A DNA stretch of 64,000 nucleotides from Antedon mediterranea (lineage: Eukaryota > Animalia > Echinodermata). Numbering within the stretch: position 1 is the stretch's first letter; each line of letters begins with the position of its first letter. A model generated the notes under the pieces. It did no database searches. It was not told the origin of the DNA and saw nothing but the letters and a program-made list of their open reading frames with translations. The stretch spans positions 25,779,175 to 25,843,174 of the forward strand of contig NC_092677.1 of the NCBI RefSeq assembly GCF_964355755.1. The letters are read 5' to 3'. This document shows positions 22,901-33,800 of the stretch, piece by piece. Made by a program: the position numbers and the translations under genes.

Positions 22901-25468
22901 CAGCCCAAATGCAATTACCCAGTGTGGGAGGGCCTTTAGGAGTGTTAAAACAGGGGCCTTTGCCCCATGCGTTACGCCACTGCCCTGTGGAAAACCACAA
23001 CAGCATTCTCCCAAAACCTAAATATACAGGTTTCTATTTTCAGTCTGGTTTCATAAATTAGAATTAGAAAATGTTCACCCTCCAAATTTTGTTTGTTAAA
23101 GGAAGACGGAGATCTTGCATTTGTAAGCCAGTCTTTCCACTGCTCACATCTCATCCAGAGGTGTCTCCATGGATCTTCTGAAAGGTCAGTGACTCTCGCA
23201 TCTACGATTTAAGTTAATGTGAAACTAAACAAACATTCTCATAGCAGAATCTTGACTCAATTAATACAGCAGACAGGGTTCAAAGCTCTCAAGGGACAGT
23301 TGAGTGCAGGGTCAGATCCAGGAGGTTTAAAACAGCGTGGCAACAGCGATTGCTATTACAATTAATATATAAAAAATTAGTTCATAATTTAATTTTAGCC
23401 GTCAAAAGAGGAAGCACGTCTCCAGCGGTATATATGTAAATGAACAGTTACGAAAGTGAAATCAAAATAAAGTTTTTTTTTACTTTAGACACTTTTTTTT
23501 CTTTTTTTTAGTATTCATCGTCCAATTCTAAAAAAACCACCAGTAGATGATATAGACCCCCAATATGGTAAGAGAAATGTATTTTTTTATTGAGTCTATT
23601 GCCTCAGAATTCAACTCGGTATATCCTCGATTTTAGGTCTATCTACATTATCAAACTGATAATGTGCCCATATATGGACATGATGTCATATATTTAGGCA
23701 TATCACTACCATATTTGGGCACATCACACTTTTTTTGTCCAACTAGTTTTATAGTGTAGACAGAGCTTTACGATATCACTGTTTTATTTCAAGGTCTCCA
23801 CGACTACACTTGTGTAGTGGAATTGCGTAACCAGAGGGCAGCCCACTGGAATCAACAATTCACATTCCTTCATACATGCAAGACAAAGATAGGTAAGAAA
23901 TAGAAATTCCATTTCATTTAAGATTGACTTTAAGCATAAATATGCAACGTAAGTGTAAAAAAAAGGACTTCCAAATGTTTACTGTTCTGTTTTTAAATTC
24001 CTTGTTTGTTTAACTTTATGTTTATTTACTTTAAGTTTAAAATTTAAAATTTTGCGATTTTTTGTGTGTTTTATATACACTTTCATAATGCTACAAAGTT
24101 GATGGAATGGCAAAACTTGTTCTGATCAGAGAAGATAAAGCAACGGATCACTCGGCCACGAGTAAGAAACTCTCATTGCCATGGAAAACGGAGATCTTTA
24201 AAGGAATCATACAGGTATAATAATGACACTTAAAAGTGAACTGTACTCGCCAGTGGCGTAACGGCTATGAGCGTTCATTGGCTAAACCCATTGGCCTCGG
24301 ATCTTAGGGCCCCCTGAGCAGTGTCCAGAGGAAAAAACAGGCATTAAAATATGTCGAAAAAGGTTAAAAACACCCGAGGCCTCCAGCGTTGAAGGCCACA
24401 GTTCCTAAGCCAGGGGGCCTCAGGTCTCTATGTTACGCCACTGGTACTCGCTCAAACATTTAGCACACTAGGTGTTGTTTGCAATGGTCTGCTGTTCCAC
24501 TCACACTAAAAAGGGTACAAAAATGGTCACCATGGGTTGTTTTTTGAGAATTTTCAACACTATAAATCACTATACTAATATATTTTTGTTTTATACTTTT
24601 TTGAAAGAATGTTTGCATTATGGATGTGACATTGCATGATGAATTCAAGGAAGTGATGTGGACCGTAAGGTACAAGATCTCTTTATGTAAATGTATATTT
24701 TTAAAAATATATAAATAATACTAGAATAGTCAAGTTTTAACTAGAAACTCGTAAGTTTAAGCACTAAATTATTTTATATATTTGTTTTTAATTACAGTTC
24801 GCCTGTAGTAATAGCTGAAACAGAAGACCACAAAGGTTAGTACAGTATGGCTATAATGTTTTAATATTACGTAGTATTTATATATACCTGCATGCTTACA
24901 AGGCAAACAAATTAGGGTTAGTCACAGAAGTTCTTGTTCAGTTTATAGCACTCCTAAGGGGCCCTCCAGTGCTGGGTAGTTGTATTGTGACTGCTCATGC
25001 TCTGGGGCCCTTTAGCCTTGGGGCCCCTGGGTTTAGCACTCCTGAAGGCTCCTCCAACACTGGGTAGTTGCATTAGACTATTCATGTTGTGGGGCCGTGG
25101 GTTTAGCCAATGAGCGCTTATAGCCATCACGCCGCTTTTCTCGATAAACTATATGTATTCTTTTACAGTGGATTTTACATATGATGGTCCTGAATATCAC
25201 ATCACATACAATGATGAGACTGGTCATGTGATGTTGCGTTTAATTTGGGTAGGTTATCAAATGTTTATTTAATACTTTTGTTAAAAACAATTTTTTTTTT
25301 AATGGTAGAAATAGTTGAATAGGCCAAATGCATAAGGTTGCCAGGTTATGTACTGAAGTTTTTAAATTTTAATTACAGATTGAAGACAGAGACATATTTT
25401 TGATAACTAAAGCGGAGTTAAATCTATCCTGTAAAGCTATCAATCAATGGTTTAAAACAAAGTACTAA
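19981..25468 (+). CDS. FBXO15: F-box only protein 15
   Basis: Exons 19981-20102, 20260-20505 (F-box LPDEILLIIFEFLPANDLLVSASVCRRWLKL), 21222-21335, 21589-21681, 21828-22037, 22336-22462, 23102-23184, 23512-23567, 23794-23892, 24099-24214, 24608-24669, 24798-24835, 25169-25248, 25379-25468 join into one ORF. The motifs DDIDPQYGLHDY, SLPWKT, IMDVTLHDE and the C-terminal INQWFKTKY* resemble vertebrate FBXO15. The start codon is tentative. Confidence 0.85.
20576..20765. repeat. About 33-bp tandem repeat (5-6 units)
   Basis: (gtgtcaccaactctgtgtcatccaggtcaattt)n. Confidence 0.9.
20995..21191. repeat. 20-bp minisatellite (about 10 units)
   Basis: (acagataaacataaatgatg)n. Confidence 0.95.
22588..22740 (-). 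mobile_element. LINE-like 3' tail repeat (second copy 62030-62170, + strand)
   Basis: Near-identical ggcgtccctgacacaagc...ggtgac.ccac.attttggaaataaatgttgattttgat stem-loop plus microsatellite tail at two places, in opposite orientation. Confidence 0.55.
24251..24443. mobile_element. hAT-like MITE (TIR CAGTGGCGTAAC) with perfect 8-bp TSD GTACTCGC
   Basis: gtactcgc-cagtggcgtaac...gttacgccactg-gtactcgc. Other copies: 11384-11532 (TSD g/attacgtg), 22826-22982 (TSD ct/cc-ctgtgg), 63104-63438 (degenerate, with a nested family A MITE), and a fragment at about 24945-25135. Confidence 0.85.
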
Positions 25469-26225
25469 AAGGAAGGAGTTACATCACAAAATGAATACAC
25501 AGAAAAATATAGTATATATATATATATACAAATTGCTTATGATCGGTATAGTGCCTCCAGGGGACGAACAGTGTTCCTCCCTTTTTTATACTTCTCCTGT
25601 AGTGTTCACTTTTATGTGCGCTTCACAACACATGGTTATAAAAGTAAATAGGATTTTTACCGCAGGGGAGTGTCCCACCGGAGGTGCTGACCAGTCGTGG
25701 GCGATCCATATTGATTTTTTTCAATTGGTTTTGTTATGTGATACATAATTTATTTCAATTTGTTTTTGTTAATGAATGTTGTTTGGTGTGTGTACTCTAC
25801 ATGTATATGGTATCCAAACTGACAAGAACTCACTTCTTTTGGTACTATTGTAATTCTGAATGAATAAAGAATTGATATATTAGTGTAAGACCATACATAC
25901 GTGTGTGTGCAATAACACAAAATTATTTATTTGACAAAAAAAGTGTGATGTGCTCAAATATGGTAGTGATTATGATATCATCGTGTCCCTCCCAAGTTTG
26001 ATAGTGTATTATAGTAGACAGATTTTTAGACCATACCTGTTTATCTGTGAAATAACAATAAATGATTTATAGAATACTTTATCATATCATCACAGTAAAT
26101 TATTTATTTATAAAATAAATACATACAGTCTGATCAGCTTTTTTTTGCAGAAAAATTGACATAAATTTTTAGCTAACTATGCAAAAAATTGAAGTACATA
26201 ACTATGCGAAAAAATCGAAATAGAT

Positions 26226-26773
26226 TAGTAAATATGCAAACAAATTTAAAATATATGTATGTCCCTTGAAACACAAAAAAATGAAAGTCAAAATATTCTA
26301 AATTTAAATTGGCCATATCAAAATAATATTAAAATTATTCACCTTAAGTCGAAAATTCGAGTCAAAAACACCAATTGTACGTAATTAACAGCTAAATTAA
26401 TTTGATTACATTTTGTCTGGATAATCGTCCCGAGCGAAAGTAAACAAAAATTTCAAACCACGAGTATGCATTATGCATGATGCTAATTAGCATTGTTTAC
26501 AACTCCTCACAGTTGTGAAGGTGTTCTCACACAGATCGCGAAGAAGTTTTACAAGCGCGTTGCATTATGAGATATGTTTTGATAGAAAACTTTGACTGGA
26601 AGTCAAAGTTATTTTTTGAACCAAAAAACGTCTGTATTTCAGTTAAATGATTTTTTTTTCGACTCATTTTTGGTAAAAATTAATAAATATTATGATACTT
26701 CAAAATGACCCACTTTTTTTCAAAATATTTTTTTTTTTTTTTTGGATTTGACAAAGGGACAATACATCTTTAA
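26226..26773. mobile_element. Kolobok-like element inserted in an aactatgc-type tandem repeat
   Basis: Right end gggacaatacatctttaa is intact; left end is degenerate (ttaaaatatatgtatgtccc). aactatgc(g/a)aaaaa repeats lie on both sides. Confidence 0.55.
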
Positions 26774-27000
26774 CTATAACTATGCGAAAAAATGAAATAC
26801 ATGTGTAACTAACTATGCCAAAAATTGAAATATTATGTTTAACTCTATGCGGAAAATTGAAATATGCAAACACATGTAACGAACTATGCGAAAAAATTCA
26901 CCTATTTACCCAAGTCGTAAGTGTACATAGGGTCTTTCAAAAGAAATCTTGATTTTTGAAAAATATGCTAGTTGCAATGTTTACTTATGACGTGGGAGAA

Positions 27001-27124
27001 TTAGTCGTCTGTTTGTAGAACAGTGTTTATGTAGTTGTGTAGTGTAGCGTTTTGAAGAATTGCATTATGTTCCCCTCCCGATATCTCAAATTCTAAAACT
27101 GGTTGTGTTTGTTCCTTCTGTCAC
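27001..27124 (-). pseudogene. Duplicated PLA2G15 terminal exon with premature stop (pseudo-exon or alternative last exon)
   Basis: Clear paralogue of exon 31021-30889 with the same acceptor context (tttctacag). It reads g TGA then QKEQTQPVLEFEISGGEHNAILQNATLHNYINTVLQTDD*. The conserved Trp codon TGG is TGA. Confidence 0.8.
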
Positions 27125-27269
27125 CTGTAGAAATTGAAACAAGTTTAATTATTTTCGTTATTCTCTTGTGGGATTCAATCTAATTTTTTATACTTATTAT
27201 TCTTGATGGTTATTTCTAAATTAACCATTTTTATACTTTGATAGGATAAATAAATAAACTGTATGGAAA

Positions 27270-27590
27270 AGAAAATTTTGGATTTTTTTAAAAACATTCT
27301 GAGAGACTAAAGAGTCTAAAATGGCAGATGGAAGATTATTCCTCAGTGTGGGTCCGGCATATCTTATTAATGTGTTAGAATGTGTTGGTTTTATAGGTGG
27401 GTACAGACATTTGTTTTGAGATCGAGTGTGGTGGTGTGGAGAGACGAATTGAAGGTAAAAGGAAAACATGAGTTGGTTAATGCAGGAGAAGACAAAAGAA
27501 CTTTGTTCGATGAGATTAATATTGTTAATTTGATGAGGCGAAGATTCCAGAATAGATTTGATGAGTGAGACAGTGGTGATGCTCCAGATT
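27270..27590 (-). mobile_element. LINE (CR1/L2-group) ORF2 3' remnant
   Basis: Degenerate translation HHTRSQNKCLYP...IRYAGPTLRNNLPSAI...FKK resembles the C-terminus of L2/CR1 ORF2. Confidence 0.5.
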
Positions 27591-29105
27591 TGTTTTTTTT
27601 TTGTTTAGTCTACTAAAATATTGCGTCACAAAATGAGTACATTACAGTGAAATAGTATAAAGCTGTCTACACTATCAAACATTACCTCAAGTTTATTATG
27701 GTTCCTTTTTATTCTGATTTTAGCTCAAGTATAGATATGGCAGGCCAAAATGGCTTCCTTGTATGAATATTAAACGGAATTGACATCTAGAACCTGGACT
27801 ATATAGGAGCTTAAAAAATACTTTTTAAAATGTGAGGAAAAACACTAAATGCTTCTATATATAAATTTACGTAAGGGCAAAATTCGGTAAATCGCGCCTT
27901 ACTTCTAGAATTTTTACTCGATGGTATATAAAGTTGGTTCGTACTTTCGATACTGATTTTAACCACCTGATGTAACCCTGTTTATTAATTAAATTAAGTT
28001 AGATAATTAGTTATTGACGATTAAAACGAATTTAGGTTCAACGATTTGCCCCAAATAGGGGTGTTTTCCGATCGTGGTATACACTGTCAGTGTCTAATGG
28101 ATGTCCATCTTGAAAAATACCCGCCACAAAAATGCGAGGAGGCTTCGCATTTTCCTATCTCCTCCTACGATAATTGTTTTTAATAGCTGAAAACAGGTTG
28201 AACAGCTAGAGTACAGCATCATAATGTTGAAGACAGGCCGATTTTCTTTAAAAAATAATATTTTGATAGATTTAATATACGATTATACAAATGTATTGAT
28301 TTGCGATGAATGGAACATCCCAATCTCTCAGTTTGCCAGAGTTTGGTTTAACACAAGTAGGTAAATATATGGGCCCTTTGAGAATAAACTTGCAATACTT
28401 TAACAATACTGTAAATACCTATTAACTATTTTTGGTCGTCATTTGAATCGAACATTTCTTACTGTGAATGTTCGTACTGTTAGATGTAATATAAAAATAT
28501 ATACAAATAAACTTTTTTACTGAGATTGTGGTTAGGCTCTACTGTTAGATATATAAACACATTATTATATACAAATAAACTTTATACTGACAGTTCCTTC
28601 TCAACGTTTGTATTAATTAATAATTACCAATAATATAAACGTCGTAGTGGTGTATCGTGACATGTACTTTAATATTTCAATCGATTATGACAGTGACAGT
28701 TTTAACAAAGTATTAAATTGCAAATGTTTTACTGTATTTAGAGGTATATTATTTATAGGCCTATAAAACATGAACAAAATATTTCGTTACTGAGTGGATA
28801 AAGAATATATTTAAAAATTGTTCCTCTTTGTACCTATCCGCTTTCCCATCCCTCAACCCTAATTTTACATTACAAAACACAAATTGGGTTTCTTTAAATG
28901 AGTCCAAATCAAAAATTTGGACTCATTTTGTGATAAGTTTCTCCTTAGGAAGTAATTCCCAGGGTGCTAATTTTAGTTGACTACATAAATCATCGTGTCT
29001 ATTTATTCGTTTCTGTAAACGAAAATGTATTGTAGTCCTGCGGTACGTACATTTGAAATCGCCAGTTTTGTTACGCTGAATTCGAGAACCATCTGTGGGT
29101 ACGAC

Positions 29106-29143
29106 CTAGATGGTACGCGAGCGAAGCGAGCGTACCATCTAGT
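29106..29143 (+). mobile_element. Helitron-type 3' end hairpin
   Basis: ctagatggtacgc-gagcgaagcga-gcgtaccatctag-t: a 13-bp stem ending in CTAG followed by T. Confidence 0.45.
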
Positions 29144-30279
29144 CATTTAAAATACGGTACACTAATTTGTTCTGTTATAAGTATTTATTGACGAAATGTA
29201 TCATACATCTGATTGGCCGATTCGCAGCAGCCATATGAGGGACCGATCCTTCGATTTGTTTAAACAATATCTAGCATTTGGTCTATAACCACACACTGCT
29301 TACCAATTTTTTGGATGAACTTATATATATTGCAGGGTGAGTTTATAACTGGATCAGTACATTAGGAATAACATATCTAATTTCATATTACACTTAAATC
29401 ATTGCAAACGAGCAAAACAAACCTACATACTAATTCTTAATACGAGGGTATTAAGTTGTTTGTAATATCACAAATAAAATATTTTCCAAATGAAAGAAGA
29501 GCATTTGTTAAAATGAGTAATTATTTAATAAAATAATAAAGCGTTAATTTAATAGCATCACGCCTTCTCTTTTAAATAATTTGTTATTTTTAAATTAAAT
29601 GTATATTTATAATAGCTAACAAATGCTTTCAATTGTTACTTTGTCAAGAATATTCTACAAAAATCTGTTTCGTAAATATTGTAAGAATATGTACAGTGTT
29701 TTATTAAACTTGTAAACGCAATCTTGTATCCCATTTTACGTACGATTGTTAAAAACTACATCATACAATAACATAAAACTTTGTACATACTTTGTAAATG
29801 TCATAATGTATACTCTTGCATATATCTTTCTATCTAAAAATAACGCAGCTTTTTTATCAGTCAATTTTAACAAGAAAAAGAAATTTTCTTAAAACCAGCC
29901 AGTCATATAAAAAAAACAAACAGTTTATGCAATATGAAAATTAGGCATATAATAATTTCTTTTTACAAACTCTTTAAAATTATGACGTCATTACTTTTCT
30001 TTTTAGGAATACATGTAATTAGTATTTGATTACTTTATTTATTAAGTTATTAAAGCCATCACCAAACAGAAAATAAAACACACAAACATTTGTTATTCCT
30101 AATCACATTATTTCACTGCCCCCAACACATCACATTTATTCTCATAGTATTAAAAACCTAACCTTTGCACAGTAGCACCTTTTGTTAGTAAGGTAGGCTT
30201 TTTAAACTGGCCTAACTCACGGGAATGCACAGTAGTATATAAAGGGGTTAGGATCATATCTCCCAATATATTTGTATTT

Positions 30280-30470
30280 TGTATTAATATTTGTCCTCAG
30301 TGAGGAAATTCGGATTAGGCCCTCCACGGACCCACGGCAGCCAGCAGTGCAGCGCCTACCAGATTAGGCAATGAGAGTAAAGCATCTTGCCTAAGGATGC
30401 AATTAGTATGGTACAGATAACCTCGAACCCATGCCTATCACATGCTATATGCGACATTACACGGTCACCA
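30280..30470 (-). mobile_element. Degenerate tRNA-derived SINE
   Basis: Minus strand has gggttcgaggt (B-box-like), then ccttaggcaagatgctttactctcattgcct and a 3' aatttcctcactgaggacaaata tail. Confidence 0.4.
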
Positions 30471-30888
30471 GTTTTATGCGCAAGAAATGCGTGCCTGATA
30501 AAAATCTGATAAAGAATCGACAGTAGCTGTGTAAATAATTGCACAACATAACTCTGTAAAAGGGGTGGCGTACCTGCGTAACTAAATTGCGAAAGAATCA
30601 ATATCTGCGTAACTAAATTGCAAAAAGAGTCAACATACCTGAACATATTAAAAACTTGTTATGTCACTGCAACTGACATGGCACAACTTATTTGTGAAAA
30701 CTTGCAGTATCCATTATTGGCATACTTAGAATTAACAAACAAGACAAACAACTATTATAAGAAAAATCGTTGTGGGTACAATTAGTTAATTAAATAAAAC
30801 AAATCGAAATATTTCATATCCAGATTATGTTTGGTAATGCAGCGTTTATGAGGTATAATAAAAACAGTTAAAAAATAAATATTGATCG

Positions 30889-33800
30889 TTATAATTTATC
30901 GTCTGTTTGTAAAACAGTGTTAATAATGTAGTTGTGTAGTGTAGCGTTTTGAAGGATTTCTAGGTGTTCCCCTCCTGATATCTCAAATTCTGAAACTGGT
31001 TGTTTTTGTTCGTTCTTCCACCTGTAGAAAACAAAACAAACATTTAAAAATCAACATATACCAGGATAATAATTACATTCGATATTTGTCCTACAGAAAA
31101 CAAAAGAAATTAGAAATGTGTAGAACAATATTAAAACATAGAATAAACAATGGGACTAAAACATTATTTCATAAAGTCACGTGGTGTAAGTGGTTATCCT
31201 AATAGTTCTAGGATGAAAATCTGTTCAATTTCTTTAAAAATGTATACCGTATATCCTCTGGTATAATCCCACTCCACTAGAACATGAAATTAGGCCGACT
31301 TTGGGGGTGGGGGGATTATACCTGGGGAAACCCTGGTTCAGGAAAAAAAATGATTGGTAAGCATTTCTTGTAAAAACTCATCTGAACTGGCTAGAGAGAG
31401 GCTAGAGTCAATAATGGGACTATACACGGGGATATGCCTGTTTGTGAAATCACACATATAAAGTAGGGGTGGGATTAGACCCAAAATGGGATTATACCTA
31501 AGGATATAAGGTACAGTATTTATCAATCTATTTATGTTCAACCTGCATAGAAACCAGTTCCCCGCAGGGATCTGGTTAATGTTCTCGATTATGATTCTAA
31601 TTAATCGTCCAATTAATCGAGTCATTAGATAGTAATACACATTTTATATTTCGCTAGGATACTAATAAACTTACTTCAGAAGATATTTTAGACTTCTCAT
31701 ATTAACTGTACCGTCCCCGTCTCCATACTTTATTGTAGGTTGCACGTCGGGAAAATCAGCATCATACGTATAATGCTCCTCTGTCGGCACATCCTTACCG
31801 TGGACAGAGAAAACCGGAACACCTTACAAAATAAATGTTAAAATATTTTTTTTAATTTACAATATTGTAAAAACATATATTTCAATTGAAATTCCCAATT
31901 TTTCCCACCTGTAGTTTAGCAAGGCAACCTAACAACAAGACACTGAACTCGCCAAGATATTAGAAACTCGTAACAGTCCTTTAATCTTATGTCTGGCTGC
32001 GACAAATACCAACAATACTGTACTATGTGCAATGTCTGTTAAGGGGTGTGGAACTGATCGTGTCGCAGCCACAGATGAACCCTTTGATCTCCAGAGCTCA
32101 GCATCCCATTAGATTGCCTTAAGTTAAGTATTTATTGTGGCAAAATTAAAACACTCAGGAATACAAATTTAACATCGCAATGGAAGTGAAAGCGCCCTCA
32201 AACAAGTATCTCATACCTGGAGGTTCCATAGCACTGATCAATGGTTTAGTATCCTTCCAAAGTTCGTAGCCAATTGGAAACTTGATATCGTTATACAACT
32301 GATGATAATCGTATGCTGTGTAGTTACGTGTTGGCGTGCTGATAATGACTTCATCTTTGTCCCACAAGCTCTGTACAGGCGCTAGAATCGCACTGCTGGG
32401 GTATGTACGCTGCGCCATTCTTGCCTTGATGGAATCAACGGCCCAAACACCAAAATTATCACCTTCAACACAAAAGTATATAATGATTATAGTGTTAGTA
32501 CAATATATGAATAAAATACTGACAGATGAGGGCATATCAATTTGATCTCTGGTGCGCGTGCGTACAACTGAGGACTAGTGCTGTTCCGCCGTACCACGTC
32601 GAGAATGTTAAAGAGTCGCTATCCAATCGGGTTTGAACTATACCATGAAAGTCCCAGTAGTCTAATGGTTAGGACATCTGCATATCCAGCAGAAGGTCCA
32701 GGTTCGAATCTCGGTTGGGGCGACTTTTTCTCATTCTCACAGATTTCCTCATTTTTATCGTTTCAAATGAATTAATCAAATTTCAGTATATCACCGGGCG
32801 GTTTTTACATACATATATACCAAATATATACAATATATCATGTAATATGCATACGTGTAAAAGCAAAGGAGCTTGTCATATAGTTGGACCTGGGGAAACG
32901 CCACCCTGTCCTGGCACTCTAAATTTTGCACATGACTTGATAACTATGTGATGTGAAATCCATGATTTCTAAACCAAGTCTCATATGAGGCTTAGGTAGT
33001 GCTGTTGGATTGGCCGACTTGAACCAAGGAGTGCATTTTAACTATCAAATCACAGTGCCACTTTTCATAGTGTTGGTTTTCATCTGTGATTGAGTAATTT
33101 AGTATATATATATAAAGTAAAAATTCAAAATGAAGTTTATACAACTATATAGTTGTATAAACTTCATTTTGAATTTTTACTTTTTTGTTAAATCAAAATA
33201 ACATACTTCTAAATTTTGTGTATTGATATCAATTTTCTGTAATACATTCCGTGTACGGTACCTGATACATAAAGTCTTAGAATTTTTGTAGCGCCACCTA
33301 GTGGTGATGCGATAGGAGCCCACGATTGTATAAACTTGTCCTTCCATGCCTGATCTTGGTGGTTGAGGAAGAAGAGGGTGTACACACAGCCTAGGCTGTG
33401 ACTAACCAACACCACTTTTGTGTTGCCATTCATCTGGTATGTCTCTTCAATGAGGGCCACTAACTTTTTAAAAAAATCCCCAGCTTCATCTGTAAATAAA
33501 AGATATTAAAAATTAATTTAAAAACTTGTTTATTTAGCAAATTTCTGGATCATATTTTTGGAATTGGCATAATTGATTTATCACTTTATTTCTTTAAAGG
33601 CAATCCCGTCACAAGGTTGTAATCTTTTTGGGATTTGCCTTCGTCCATTTTCTTGTTTTATCACTTGCCATTTTGTTTTTGTTACTTTTGTCTTTTGGAC
33701 GTAAATAAATGTTCCTTGAATTGAATTGATTTCAGAATAAAAATTCCATATATTAATATACAACAAACAATACAAAACGGAAAATCACACTAAAATAGGA

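Noticed and set aside
27121-27123. TGA in the duplicated PLA2G15 exon as selenocysteine
   Set aside because: It replaces a Trp (TGG->TGA transition), not a Cys, and I could not identify a SECIS element downstream.
32569-32610. ctgaggac...acgtcgag as a further hammerhead
   Set aside because: The GAAA half of the core is missing and stem II pairs poorly.
32651-32722. Functional tRNA gene
   Set aside because: The anticodon loop is non-canonical, the T stem is mismatched, and the flank is repeated elsewhere; kept only as tRNA-like.
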